The position numbers and the translations under genes are program-made. From assembly GCA_030167865.1 (NCBI GenBank), contig JALAGF010000415.1, forward strand, positions 1 through 64,000: DNA of 64,000 nucleotides, in the 5' to 3' direction. Below the pieces are notes generated by a model, which saw nothing but the letters and a program-made list of their open reading frames with translations, did no database searches and had not been told where the DNA came from. This DNA is from Craspedostauros australis (Eukaryota). Below are positions 33,260 to 46,249 of the stretch, piece after piece (position 1 is the stretch's first letter; each line of letters begins with the position of its first letter).

Positions 33260-34753
33260 TCACGTCTGGGTCCGATCGTGGGAATGATTGCGATCGCCAT
33301 TCAAGGACATTTGCTCAAGGCGGTACCATTCCGTATCATCTTGGTTGCTCCAGGTCGCATGCCCCCAGTCCTCCATGGTCATGGGGGATGATTGAGGAGC
33401 TCCGTTGTTGCAGGTGCTGTTGCCTGGATTCATGCCGGCTTTGGCGCTTGTACTGTTGTTGTTGTTGTAGGTGCCATCGCCGCTGAGATGGATGCTGTGT
33501 GCCAAGGCATCGCTGCGTTCGGCGGACAACGAGAATGTGGACTTGATCGGCTGCGGGCTGAGGAAGGGCATGATGGAGTGCTCGCTTTGGGAAGGCAGCG
33601 CGGTGTTGTTCGATCTTGCGGTTTGCTTGCATGGTTCCCGCATCCTGGGTTGTGTGGTGGCAGAGCATGAGGAAGACGAAAATAGGTTTGGAGCAAACAT
33701 CCAAGGCGTCGTCTCGATGGCGTTCGCGGAGGAAGACCTCTGCTTGTGCTTGCGGATGACGAATGAGTTGCGGCGCTGGTATCGTCTCCTCTTGTTGGTC
33801 GGTCGTGGCTGCGTGGTGATGCTGGCAGTCGGGATGACGATCAAGGGCGATACGGATGATGACGATGACGAGTTGCGTGGTGTTGCGATGGTAGTGGCAT
33901 TGGGCGCATCGCAGGAAGCTGCCGTGGTTGCACTGGTCGCGCTGGTGATGCTCGTGGCGATGCTGCAGTCGCTGGAGCGGTTGCCGTCTTGATCCGCAGC
34001 AGAGGGCGCCATGGCCAGCTTCATCAATGCGCTGTGCTTCGGCTGGCGCTTGCTGGCGGTGCTTCCATCCCGCTCGCTGCTCTTGATGGCCTGGCTGAGC
34101 TTCTCCATCAGCAGCAGGTCCTCTCCCGCGGAGTCCGAAGCTCGCGAGATGACTCCGTGAGTGGTGTGTCGCCCCCAATCGCCAGCTGCATCGCGCGGGC
34201 GATTGGTGTCGCGGACGCTCCTTCGGAGAGTGCTGTGGCTGTGGCTGGATGCTGCCATGAGGTCCATGTCGATGTTCATGTCGATGTTCATCTGCATGTT
34301 CATGTGCATGTCCTGACAGTCGCCGCTGTGTTCGCGATTCGCAGCATCTTGGCGAGACTCGGTGCGGATGGTGATGCTGGAGCCGCTTTGGAACGCGGAC
34401 GCGCGCTCGCAGCCCAACCTCTCCACCAGGAGCGGGAGCTTGGGCGCTGCCGTCATGGACTTGTCCTTCTTGCTGTAGCAGTGGCCTTTGGAGTAGACAT
34501 ACGGCTTGCCCGAAGCCTTGTTTGCGAAGCCGTGCTTGCCTCCGAAGTACTTTGAGCTTCTGGACGAGGTGGGCGATAGGAGCGACAGCGGAGGTCTTCG
34601 CGGTGGTGCCTGGCTTCCTCCCATCGTCATCGTCGTCATCGTCGTCGTTGTTGCTGATGGTGGTGTCGCCGTTGCCGAGGTTGCGGATGGGTCGATTGGA
34701 GCAAGGGCAGCATGCGGAACATGCGGAGGCGAGTTCTCGCCTGGACTCACCAT
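33260..34753 (-). CDS. Ser/Thr-rich low-complexity hypothetical protein
   Basis: ORF 33260..34852; likely start MVSPG at 34753; contains KRRRYQRRNSFVI. Confidence 0.6.
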   Translation of the reverse strand: MVSPGENSPPHVPHAALAPIDPSATSATATPPSATTTTMTTMTMGGSQAPPRRPPLSLLSPTSSRSSKYFGGKHGFANKASGKPYVYSKGHCYSKKDKSMTAAPKLPLLVERLGCERASAFQSGSSITIRTESRQDAANREHSGDCQDMHMNMQMNIDMNIDMDLMAASSHSHSTLRRSVRDTNRPRDAAGDWGRHTTHGVISRASDSAGEDLLLMEKLSQAIKSSERDGSTASKRQPKHSALMKLAMAPSAADQDGNRSSDCSIATSITSATSATTAASCDAPNATTIATPRNSSSSSSVSPLIVIPTASITTQPRPTNKRRRYQRRNSFVIRKHKQRSSSANAIETTPWMFAPNLFSSSSCSATTQPRMREPCKQTARSNNTALPSQSEHSIMPFLSPQPIKSTFSLSAERSDALAHSIHLSGDGTYNNNNSTSAKAGMNPGNSTCNNGAPQSSPMTMEDWGHATWSNQDDTEWYRLEQMSLNGDRNHSHDRTQT

Positions 34754-34797
34754 CGTGCTTGTGTCAGTATCGCTGTGCGCGTGGATGCTGGTGATAT

Positions 34798-34850
34798 GGC
34801 TCTGATTCAGGCTCTGATTCAGGCTCTGATTCAGGCTCTGATTCAGGCTC
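34798..34850. repeat. 12-bp tandem repeat (GGCTCTGATTCA) x ~4.4
   Basis: Direct reading. Encodes SLNQ x4 if ATG 34852 is used, otherwise 5' UTR/promoter. Confidence 0.95.
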
Positions 34851-37800
34851 ATGGTGATGATGTTCGTTCTTGGTGTCGTCTTGGCGTGATCTTGCTCTTG
34901 GTGTAGTCCTTGGTGGCGCTTTCAAGTCTAATAGTCGTGCTATACGAATATGTATTGTTCTTACACCATGCAAACTGGAAGGGATCAGTGGACTCGACTT
35001 CACTTCACTTCGCTTGACTTGGCTTGGCTTGGCTTCAGTTTACTTGTGCTCACTCGTCTCTCTTCACCTCGCGTTGCCTCTCTCTTGTCTTGCATCAGTC
35101 GTTTCTGTTGCTTCTGTTGCTTCTGTTGGCGATCGTGGGCGATGGCTGATCTGGGGAGTGATGGTTGGTGGTGAGAGAAAGTTGTGGTGCCTCTCCGCCA
35201 CTTCTTTCTGTTCTGTTCTGTCTCCTCTCCTCTCTCCCTTTGCGTTCTGTTGCGCTATCTGGCGTCGCGCTCGTGTTGTGCTGCGTCGTTTGGGTATGGG
35301 GTTGTCGTGCGTTTGTGTTGGGTCTGTTCTGCCTTTGCTTTGTGTCCTTTCTTGTTCGCAAGCAAGGGCGTCCACTGCGCAAGCAGGAAGGACAAGGGTG
35401 TGAAGCCTCCGCACACCAAGAACGCTGGCGTCTTGGCCCTGCTATTTTTCCCCTCTCCCCGCGTTGCTGTCTTAACGGTCACAATGCGGATTCGAAAAAT
35501 GATCACTGGACCAAGCACGAAGCTCCTCCGCGTTGTACCCCACCCTCTTGTGTCCAAACAATGTCAACGACTCTCTGTCCCAATCGTGGTATTCTTCGTC
35601 GGTGTTTCGTCATGGGACCACATCGCATTCCGCGTCCATCAGCATTTTTCCGTGGTTTGTGTGTGCTGCCTGTTTGTACTCATGTAACGGTTCTTGTCGA
35701 ACCAACGAAGTTTCCTGCCACTTAACACAATCCGCGAATCGGAAGGTGGAAGGATATGCCCTTCTTTGTCTCCCACAGACACTGAGAATGGCCGTTGGGC
35801 CTGATGCGTACGATTCGCCACTTCTTGCGATTGACACGGCCAGTTTACAACCTCACTTCACGTCCAACCGCGCACCGTGTTCATGTGTGTGGCATCGTGG
35901 CGCAGAGAATTGGCGATGGCAGGTACGGAAATTTGGCGTTGCTCCCAGCCACAAGTATCCGATGGCTGACACGACTTGCACAGCCTCCGAAGCTCCTCCC
36001 ACGCTCCGATCCGAAAAAGGGGTTCTGCCTCCGGGTTGATCCACCTGCGTGGCCAAACAACGGCAGGGTAGGTGGTGACACTTCAACGCTCCAGCATTTC
36101 CGGACTTCCGTACTTTCACGCTTCAACATCTTCAATCCAATCAACTCCAATCCAATCCAGTCAAAAGAATCAGAGAGCAGGCCTATTGCTCCATTCAACA
36201 TCGCATTCGTCATGGATCATCACCATCGCCCCATCACCAGCCCACATCATGCCCTACGCCAAACGTTCGCGTACCAAACAAACTCACGATTCACAATCAA
36301 CATCAATCAAACCCAACCAAAATTTGGTGGATACGTAACGGTCCAATCCCTTGGGCAGTTCAAAGATCATATTTCGACGCTGCTTCGTCTTCAACTACTC
36401 TGCTCACCTCCACTCTACTCTGCTTCACTCTGCTCGACTCCGCAGCGTGCCAAGCCAACATGCTTGAATTGGCACCCTCTCGTGGTCCATTCTCGTTGAA
36501 CCCATACAACCACTCATGCAGCATGTTCATGGTGCAGCTCATCCCACGTATGATTGCACTTCCTCCCTGTGCGCGTTGTGGCGAACGACGCAATCCGAAC
36601 TTCCTTCACAACACTGTTCATTCATCTCCCTCGTCCTCACTCACTCACTCACTCACTCAGCCGACAACCAGACCCACATCTTGCTGATGGCATTGTGCAA
36701 GGGAGTATCATCGAAAGATATCTGCCGTCATGCCTACTCGTGAGCATTTATGCTCATGCCAGGATGTATCATGTCCGTGCATTCCTGCCAGAATCAAGAA
36801 GAACAAGCATCACTTCACTCCCATGTCCTCTTCTTATCTACTCTCACCATATATGAAGAGTCCTTCGTGCCGCTGATTCCGTCACCCATCCAATGCGCTT
36901 TGCCTTTCGAACTCCTTGTTCCAAGTCTCATGCTCGTTACTCATGTTATATATTAACTCGCACAGCCGTAGAATTTTATGTAGGAGTAGCACACACTCCA
37001 TCTCACTTCACCGATGCGATCTGTTGGTCCATGCACTTCGCGTTTGTCTCCTTCCTTCTCGCATCATCGCTGCTGATGCCGGCGAAGACATCCATCTAGG
37101 AACAAGTAGCATACTCTACATGGTGCATGATTGCAAATACCACACATTTGAGTCGGCACCACACGAGACGCACGCAGCATCGTCACCCATGACTTCGCAG
37201 AAAGGTTCAGGAGATGCAGGATAGATCGTAATCGTGAATGCTATCCTCCACAATGTTCCCGTCTTCCCTCCTGCCACACCGAACGATTGCAACTCGGAGC
37301 GAGGAACGCTTCACCATGATCGGTTCCTGGAGGCTTGGTATTCTATCCGAGAGGAAGCCAGACATGCAAAGCAAGAATGCAAATATGAGTATTGACGCGC
37401 TTCGTCGGCGACGTCCCAGGCATTGACATCCCATGCTAGTACCATAACCACAACACAGCACGTCTACCGTCGCATTTCCATCCAACAACCATTCAAACAG
37501 AGGAAGCGGATGGCTGATGGACCAATCCGCCCTTGCCCAGCCTTTGATGCACAAGCCTTGGAAAGAACAGAGGCCTCCTCCACCCACGTCATTGGAGACA
37601 AATGCGTTGGACTGAGACACGAACATGCCAAAGCAATTATTCTGCCATGGACGAACTGCTCGCGGTGTTGTCAGAAATACCATGGATGGCGTCGTTTCCC
37701 TCCATTCTGAGGACCGATGAAACCATCGTCATCTTCATCTTCATCCGTCAAGCACAACCTAATCACCAACGTTGCTGGAGAAGTTCGGAGAACGCGAAGA

Positions 37801-38725
37801 CCTCCAGTGGCGTGCTTTTCTCCCTCGCAACTGTGATGGTACTGGCACCAAGACTGCGACAGTGAGGGACCCACCCAAGATGTCGACTTGGCTCCGGAGC
37901 AAGAGCAAACGACCAAGGGTGACAAGGGCACGAAAGCAATATTCCAAGTCAATCCACCATTCTTTGCCATGCTTCAACTTGAGTTGCGGGACGTAATGGT
38001 AATAGTCGCACGCATAGATCGTACTAACAAGATCGTCGTCTTCTCCGATCCAAGGACATGACAACAAGTAGCCTCAAACAGACGCGACAACGCCCCCTCC
38101 CCAACAAGGTTGGTTGTGATGTTTCCCTGGATTCGTTGAAAACGCGTCTATTGGGTGGGTGCATCCCCACACTACGTAAGGATGTTGATGTTGATGTTTG
38201 ATGTTGTTGGACGTGCAAAGTACGACCACGGCTGCTCCACAGCGTTCTTGGTGATTGATCGGAGATGTTGGCGATTGGAGAAAAAAGTGCACTCGTCGTC
38301 TTCGCATTTACGATATATTAATATATTCACCCCGACTTACTTTGTCGGACAACAATAGCACGATGGATAATAACGAACCAATTGAGTGTGTTAAACGTCC
38401 GTCCCGGTTAGGTGACTTTGTTCGATTTGCAAAGATACCATTTGGAGTCGTATGAATCGCCCATCACCAGCAAAAAGAACGCAACAACGTCAGAAAGATG
38501 CGATCACGACACCCCAACCATGTGATGACGCAACGAGCGCGGCACGGTTACGAAGATCTCCGACACACCGAGATACACCGGCTCTGACCACCAGAAGATG
38601 AGCAACAACATCATAGACTGGCAATCGTAAACACATCGCAGTCGTCACAAGCAATAGCAGCGGACACGACAACGACGACGACAAAATAGAAGTAGAGGAC
38701 CCCGCTGTACTGGTGCTACACAGCG

Positions 38726-39923
38726 ATGATGAAGACCGCATACCCGATGTGGCCATCGCTTGCCCTGCTGGTGCTTTGCTGGGCGTCAATCCAGGTCGTG
38801 CATGGCTTCTCCACCAACCATGACAGAAGCGTCGCCAGTCGACGGGAGGCAGCGCTGTTCATGAGCTCCAGCTCTGGCAACACCAAGAAGGGAAAAGTGC
38901 TGGTGCTCGGAGGCACTGGCTTCGTCGGACAAACTGTCTGCCGCAGAGCCAGCCTGGAGGGCTACAGCGTCACAAGCCTATCGAGACGCGGTCTGCCACC
39001 ATCAGCAGCTGACAGCAAGTCATCGTCTTCCTCCAACACCGACTATCGCATCGGCGACGCTCGCAAGGTGGAACCGATCCGCAATATCCTCAACGAAGGC
39101 GGATACGTTGGTACGTGCAGCCATTCCACCTTACTGCTGCCCCCTCATCAATATCCACGCATCCTTATATCCACCTATTCACTCACCCACTCACCCACTT
39201 CCCCACTCACCTTTCGATTCTGTCGGTCATCGTTCAATGATACGCTCCCTATTCCACTATACTCGCGAAAATGACGAACCCAATGACTGACCCACTCCTC
39301 CATTCAACCACATTCCATCCAACACAGCTGTCATTCATTGCATCGGACTGTTATTCGACGACGCCTCCGGTCTGGGAACGTACAATCGGTTCGTGTCCGG
39401 CTCCGGATCCGTGCCCGACACGAACTCGACATACGAAACGATCACGCAACTGACTGGACTCAACGCGATCGAAGCGACGTCGGAGTATATCGCGAGCAAC
39501 CCTTCCATCGATGCCAAGGATTTTCCATTCATTTTCGTGTCGGCAGCCGAGGTTGGATGGAAGGAGGGCAGTTTTGGAAGCGCCATGCAGGGTGGCGACG
39601 TGATGGAGAAGTTCCTGGCACCGGAATGGCTGAGGCGGTACCTCGCGGCGAAGCGTGCGGTGGAAGAGAAGCTGTATCAGGAACTCAGCGCGGGTCGTTT
39701 GCGTCCCGTCATTCTGCGGCCATCTCTGGTGTACAGTCTGGATCGTCCTGCCAGCTACCTGCCGGTGGGAGCTTTCTTCATTGGCAATCGAGTTGGCTTG
39801 CCGTTCGTTGACCGGCCGGTCACCGTTCAGGCCTTGTCCAATGCGATGATTCGATCCATATCTCGGCAGAACGTCAGCGGCATCCAACGTTACACCGAGA
39901 TCGATGAGCTGAACGGCAGATAG
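38726..39923 (+). CDS. NAD(P)-binding Rossmann (atypical SDR/epimerase-like) protein, 2 exons, probable plastid targeting
   Basis: VLVLGGTGFVGQ.VC, SLSRRG, FVSAA, YLAAK, LRPSLVY. Intron 39111 (GTACGT)..39327 (CAG) joins ...GGYV-A-VIHCIGLLFD in frame. Signal peptide ending VHG-F. Confidence 0.88.
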
Positions 39924-40299
39924 AGCCATGTCTTTTTTTGCTTTCATTTCGAGAGAAGCACCGCTCCTCCTTCATGATGCAGATCCTCACAGCAACAATT
40001 AGACAATCGCTTTTATGCTTGCCCTCGTGCTACGAGTACTCCCTGCTTGTTGTGAACTCTACTCAGCAATGTTGAACTTTTAGTTGTTTCGTCTTCTTAA
40101 AGTTGGTTCATGTAAAGGTACCACGTATTTATCATGCAATCTTTTGGTTTTCATTATTTTGTTTTGGTTGTCTGCGTGGGGATGTACTTGCGTGGATGGA
40201 CAGGTGGCTGGTTGCTTTGTGCATTCCACTCCACTCCATCATATCATGGAGTATCCCACTCCATGCGTCTCATACTCGGAGTGCATCCGAGATCATATC

Positions 40300-42907
40300 T
40301 TAAAATGGATCGTCGACGACCTTCTTGCAGCTCGTGCAACATGCAGGCTTTTCGCACACAAATCCAGGCTGCCCGTTTCGTGCGCAGGTGGCAATGAAAC
40401 GGGACAGCTTTCCATTTTGGCGCAAATCGCAAATCGACAAAGGCGCGGCTCCCGTGAATCTGTTGCCATTGATGGCCATCGTCTCCAGGTTGGCCCATTT
40501 GCCCAAGGCATCTGGAAGCGTTCCTGTGAACTGGTTGTCCTGCACCTGGAATCGAGTGAGATTCCACAGCTGACCCAATTCGCTCGGGATGTTGCCGGTG
40601 AGCTTGTTGTCATTGAGGGCCAGAAAGACTGTATATTTGCCCAAAGCCATGAGAGTGTTGCATTTTGTTGTTGGATGGTGCGTTGGTGTCAGCGAAGCAA
40701 ATGCAAGGGGAGAGAGAGAGAGAAAAGTCAGTACTTGACGATAAACGACGCGGTCGCAGAAACATGTACTTGCGCATGCAGTTGATGGCTGCCAATCGAA
40801 TGAAATCAGTGAAGCCATGACCGATCCAACAAATCAGTCGATGAAGCGAGGAGCTCTTTGCCACGTGTGCAGCAGTGTGCGCAACATATCGCCAACGAAG
40901 CCAAACTTACACAAATTCGAAAGCTTGCCGATCTCGGAAATGAGCGGCCCCTGGAAGTTGCTGAAACCAAAGTCGATACGTTCGAGACTGGTCATAAGCG
41001 CGATCTCGGTTGGGATGAAACCGCCCAAACCAGATCCTGAGAGGCGGAAATCGCGCAGGTTCCACAGCAGCCCAAACTGGGACGGCACGGCGCCTCGCAT
41101 CAAGTTGTCCTGCAGACGCAAGGTCTCAAGAGAATCCATGCGTCCAAACTCGGATGGCAAGGGACCCGAAAATGAGTTTCCTGCCAGGGTGAGGTATTTG
41201 AGCTTCTTCATGTTGCCCCATGCCGCTGGCAGGTGGTTTCGAAAGAGGTTGAAGCCGAGATTCAGGTCTGTCAAAGCAGTGAGGTTGCCGACTTCGCTGA
41301 CGACGGATCCGAACATGAAGTTGGTTTCTAGGCGAAGACTTTCGAGCTTGCTTGCCAAACCGACCTCGGTGGGGATCCTTCCTGTCAACCGATTTGAGTA
41401 CAAGCGCAGCTCCTGCAGGCGTGGCATTGAGAAGAAGTGCGTCGGGATGGTTCCGGTCAGATGGTTACGGGTGAGGGAAATCGCCGCCAGGCCCACAACC
41501 CTGGTGATTTCGGTTGGAATCTGTGATTGTGTTGACGTTGACGTTGGTGGAGGCGGAGACAGATGGATGAAGGTGGATAGAAGGCGGCGGCGAATGATTC
41601 AGAGTGTAAGCGCGATGAACATGGGTTGGTAAAGAGGATGATTGGCAAGCGCACCACCAAACAAGCAAACTGAACGACAAACAAACAAGCAGACGGGTGA
41701 CACTTACCAGACCGAATATATTGTTGGTGTCGACTGACAGGGAGTTGATGGCATCGCGGTTGTTGCACTGCACGCCCAACCAAAGACATTCGTTGAGGTC
41801 GGTCAACCAACCGTCGGTGTAATCCCAGACAGTTCCGTTGAGCGCGAAGTACAAGGAGGCCAAAGAGAAGCGCTGGCGGATCTCACCGGCGTCGCGGTTG
41901 TCGCCCGATGCGAGCCAGATGAGACCGAGGTTGTTGGGTTCGCAGGACTGGGCGTCCAGGGTGTAGTTGGCGTCATCGATGTATATCTTGGGGAATAGAC
42001 GTTGGACGATGAGCTCTCGCATCTGGAGGACGTCGCGTGGGAGGGTGGTGATCTTTTGGAAGCAGAAGCACTGGTCGAAGACGTGCGGGAATCCGTCCTG
42101 GTCGGCCATGTCGCAGTTGTTGTCGACGGGCGCCATGGTGGAGGTGATGATGCCGGGAGCGATGACGATGTCGTCATCGTAGTAGAAGTCGTCGTCCGTG
42201 TCGTCGATGAAGGGCGCGAAGGTGGGCGCTGGGGTGGGCTTGACCTTGTCGTCGTCGTCGGTGAGGGCCAGGAGGAAGACGATGAGCACGATGATCCAGA
42301 TGAGGAGGCAGCACAGGAGGAGCAGGCAGCAGCACCAGGCGCGGCGGCGTCTCGCGCGGCGCTTGCGCTCCTCCTCGTCCATGACCTCCTCGAAGGCGGG
42401 CTCGTCCTTGGGCATGGACTCTCTGGAGACGAAGCTGCGCTGCGACTCGCCGTAGTAGCTGGAGTCCATGTTCCGCGGCACGGGGTTGCCATTCTCGTCG
42501 TACTCCGTGGGTGCCTCGCTGAACTCGTCGCTGCGCATGGAGGGATCGTGCCTGTCGTCGTAGCCCTGTCCGTCGTAGCCGTCGTTGTAGCCGCCAGCGG
42601 CGCCGGAGGCGTCATCGCGGTAGCCGCTGTGGCGGGACGAGGCGTTGGACTGGGAGTGCATGTCGTCGTCCGGGCGGCCGCTCATGTAGGATTGGTCGTC
42701 GTAGGGTTGCTGCGACTCGTCGTAGCTGCGCGTGCTCTGGGCGCCATCGTCCATGTAGCTCTGCTGGTCGTAGGTCTGGTCATCGTCGGTGTACTGGGTG
42801 TTGTCGTCTCCGCGGTAGGAGTCCTGGCCCTGCGCCTGGCTGCCTCCGTAGTACGACGGATCGTCCTGGTAGTAGCTGTCGTTGGAGGAGGAGTAGCGGG
42901 ACGACAT
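40300..42907 (-). CDS. Type II single-pass LRR receptor-like protein (no kinase), 3 exons
   Basis: Exons 42907-41708, 41520-40911 and 40628-40300; introns GTAAG..CAG join in frame (NIFGL|IPTEI; SNL-F-FLALNDNKLTG). Acidic N-terminus, RRRR, CCC + TM, PT stalk, ECLWLGVQC cap, plant-type LxxNxLtGxIPxE repeats, C-terminal Cys cap. Confidence 0.88.
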
Positions 42908-43774
42908 CTTGCCTTGCTCTCTCTCCAGTGGAGTTCTCTATTGTATTATGGTTTCCTGGTGGTATCCAGTTGGTGTCCGGATGGCGCCCTGGGGGAGTAT
43001 GGGAGCGCTCGTCCAGAGGTTGAGATGGGAGCGAAGGTCGCGATCCGTTGTGGGTGCTGAGCGGGCCTTTCTGCACAATCAAATCGAAGCGCGTGCTGCG
43101 GTGCGGTGCCTCTTGGTGTCTTTGCAGCTCTGCTCTCTGCTCCCTTGTCGCTGTGTCGCCGTGTCCGTTCAAGATGGGAATGAGAAGAGATGAATGTGCC
43201 TTTTCTCGCGAGGAGCGGCCAGTTTTGTCGGTCATGTGTTGCCATTCGGCGCGCTGCGCGGATCGCCACCTCTGTTGCGCGCGCACAAACTGCACACCAA
43301 GAATCCAGCCAAGCCCAGCACACGAACGCAAAAGAGAGCGAAGACGCGACATCGCAAAAAGACCGAGAAAATTGCACCCACACAAGACCCGAATACCATA
43401 AGTAATGTGTCCCAGATATGTCACATGCGATACCGAAAAGTCATGGCATGACCGCCGCCAAAATCTTCACGGAATTTGGTGGGATGCGGAAACGATTGGA
43501 ATCTATCCGTGAATGACATGCATGCTTCATGGCACTCACGGTATCTTGCGCCACATAAAGGTACTTTGGTAGGCCTGGATTTCAGTTGTGAGAAATTCGT
43601 GTGAACCGTGTGTTGATCGGCTGCAGAGAGACAGGAAGCAGAGAGCCTCCAACAACAAACAAGCAAGATGGCGGACGGCAATCAAGAACAAGGAGCACCG
43701 CATACCTTACTCTCGTACGAGTGTGCCCCAGCCGTTCAAGTACTGCCACTCCTGCATCGAGTGCATCAAGGATC

Positions 43775-44638
43775 ATGGCGCACGACGACAGCGAAGCATC
43801 GTCGCAAGACATCAAGTCGCAGTTTCTGCTGGCGGTCGACCAACTCGGCGAGGATGGCAAGATCTCGAGCAATGCGCAGGTGCTGCTGCGCGACCTGACC
43901 AATGACAGGGACGATTCCTTCTTCCATGCGGTGGTGTATTCGCTGTCGCAGGCCAAGGCGCCCGGATCATTCGCCATTCATCATTGGGATGACATCCTCC
44001 AAACCAAGATCGATTCTCTGCTGCGCACGATGTACGCCGCGTGTCCCTATCAGGAGGCAGCCGACGCGTCAGCTTGGGATCGTTCCATGGGCGATCGCGT
44101 CGACGATGACAACTTCGTCTACGGCGAGGTCGAATTCGAAAGCTTCCTCCAGATACTGGGTCACGTCCTGCCGACGCAGGGTGTATTCTATGACTTGGGC
44201 AGCGGCACGGGCAAGGCGGTGTACACGGCGCGGTTGCTGCGGGATTTCGAGCGCTGCGTTGGCGTGGAGCTGCTGCCGGGCCTTCATGCTTTGGCGCGAT
44301 CCGTGGAAGCGATCTACCGCGACGATCTGCGGGATCGGCTGCCGCAGAATCACGTGGAGTTCGTCTGCGAGGATCTCACCATGTACGACTGGTCCGACGG
44401 CACGGCGGTGTTCTGCCATTCGACGTGCTTTGGCAAGGAGGTTCTGCAGACGATCTTTGATCAGGGTCGCATGCTGGCGCCTGGTGCGTACTTGATCACA
44501 TTCAAGACGAGCGGCGTGGATACCTCCGGATTTCGGCTCATCAAGACCATGCAATGTGAAATGACGTGGGGCGAAACCGATGTCTTCATCTTTCAGAGAC
44601 TCCGCGAGACTGACGGCGACGAAGTTTCAGTCAATTGA
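43775..44638 (+). CDS. Class I SAM-dependent methyltransferase, DOT1-like domain
   Basis: FVYGEV, FYDLGSGTGKAV, CVGVELL, FCHSTCF, MTWG motifs. Likely start MAHDD at 43775. Confidence 0.82.
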   Translation: MAHDDSEASSQDIKSQFLLAVDQLGEDGKISSNAQVLLRDLTNDRDDSFFHAVVYSLSQAKAPGSFAIHHWDDILQTKIDSLLRTMYAACPYQEAADASAWDRSMGDRVDDDNFVYGEVEFESFLQILGHVLPTQGVFYDLGSGTGKAVYTARLLRDFERCVGVELLPGLHALARSVEAIYRDDLRDRLPQNHVEFVCEDLTMYDWSDGTAVFCHSTCFGKEVLQTIFDQGRMLAPGAYLITFKTSGVDTSGFRLIKTMQCEMTWGETDVFIFQRLRETDGDEVSVN

Positions 44639-46249
44639 TGGCACAGGGCGAAGTGATGGATACACAAGCCACGAGGGGAAGTTCGTTGGCGGTGTGATGT
44701 GGTACAACACCGTACGAGCGACACCTCCGTGAGCAACGCCCCTACCTCTCGATGGCGATGGGTGTGCCAATGAGAGGTTGTTGGTGTTGCGCGTGCGGCA
44801 CAGGTTTAGATACGCTTCGGCAGAAAACTGAGCTTTGTCATTCAGTCATTGGAAAGGTGTTCGCGGATCAATGGGCGGATACAAGCTGACTTCGTGGCGC
44901 GCGCTGGCGGGGTTGTGAGTATAGTACCACGGCAGCCAGTAATGTCACATCCTACCGTTCATGGACGGCAGTCGCAACGGGGATTATGATGCCACGCCCT
45001 ATCTTTGGAACCCATACAGATGTTTGGCATCAGTATCGAAAGCAGATGCCCGTGGCGCGGGTGAAAACAAAGGCTGTTCCATTGATTTTCTGGTCCTCAT
45101 TCACACCGCCCTGCGCTTGTCTGCATCGGTACCAAAGGGTGACGGGGCGCCGCGCACTGAATAACCGAGCACAGTACGTCCAGAGCAGCCAACAATGGAC
45201 AGAGAGACGGACCCGAGGCGAGGTAAAGTGAAGTGAAACGCTGCGGCAGCTCCAACATCATGTTGCATGAGGATAGTATCGTGCATACCATACCATACCA
45301 TACACATCTGCTGTGCTGCGGATACTGGGTATCATCACAGCTTGTGCTTGTATTGGTGCGGGAGTATCACGACTACAGCCCCTCCCACGAATGAGCAAAA
45401 CGAAGATTCGGATCAGGGGGAGAAGACTACGATGATCGTCATGATGACCATGGCGGCGATGACAGAACCCCTGCGAAGCGAGGTTCCTTGGCGGACAAAG
45501 CGGCGCCGCGAAACGCTCACTTTTTGATTCAAAGGACCAAACCAAGAAACGCAGTCTCGGGGCACAAAACAGGAACAACTGCGATGGTCTTGATGACGAT
45601 GACGGCGAAGATGACCGACGGCTGCGCCGGCTTTGATGCACTCAGCTTCGCTCTTCAAAGCCAAGGAGAGGAAGAACGAATCGAGCGAAAAGAAAGGCAC
45701 ATGAGATACGACTACCCAATACGACTGCAAGTGAAAGGATGAGGCCGTGACCCTACGTGTTGGATCGAATTTATACTCCTTCGAACGTGATTAGCCAAGA
45801 GTGATCTCGACGTACAATACTGCTCTGGAGAGGGAGGGAGAGACCTTCAAATAAAGACGGGCGTGTATCACAACCACCTCCCAAGTTGTCAATAGCACCG
45901 CACGCGACCGAACGGAGCGACGGAGCCTCTACAGAGAGAGAGAGAGAGAGAGCAGAAGTAACAAGGAAGACTGCCATCGCCATCGCCGCCACCCGCGCAA
46001 GCGATAGCACCAGGAGCGCCCAAACACTGTCACCATCAACAGCACCAACAACAGCACCATCCTCTCACTCCGCAATCCACGATCATCATTCTCATAAAAA
46101 CACGATTGTGAGACCCTTCGCTGCCAACAACAACGTCGCGTCAAGAACACGCCATCCTTCATCGCACAAGAGCGACGCAATCGCAGCGTAACACAAGAAC
46201 AACGGGGGGCATCTCCGCTACACCACACCACACCATCTCCATCTCCATC

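Noticed and set aside
34900-38700. Many short overlapping ORFs in a ~3.8 kb gap, including 37238-37710
   Set aside because: No recognisable domain, consistent reading frame or convincing splice structure. A degraded gene cannot be excluded but cannot be supported.
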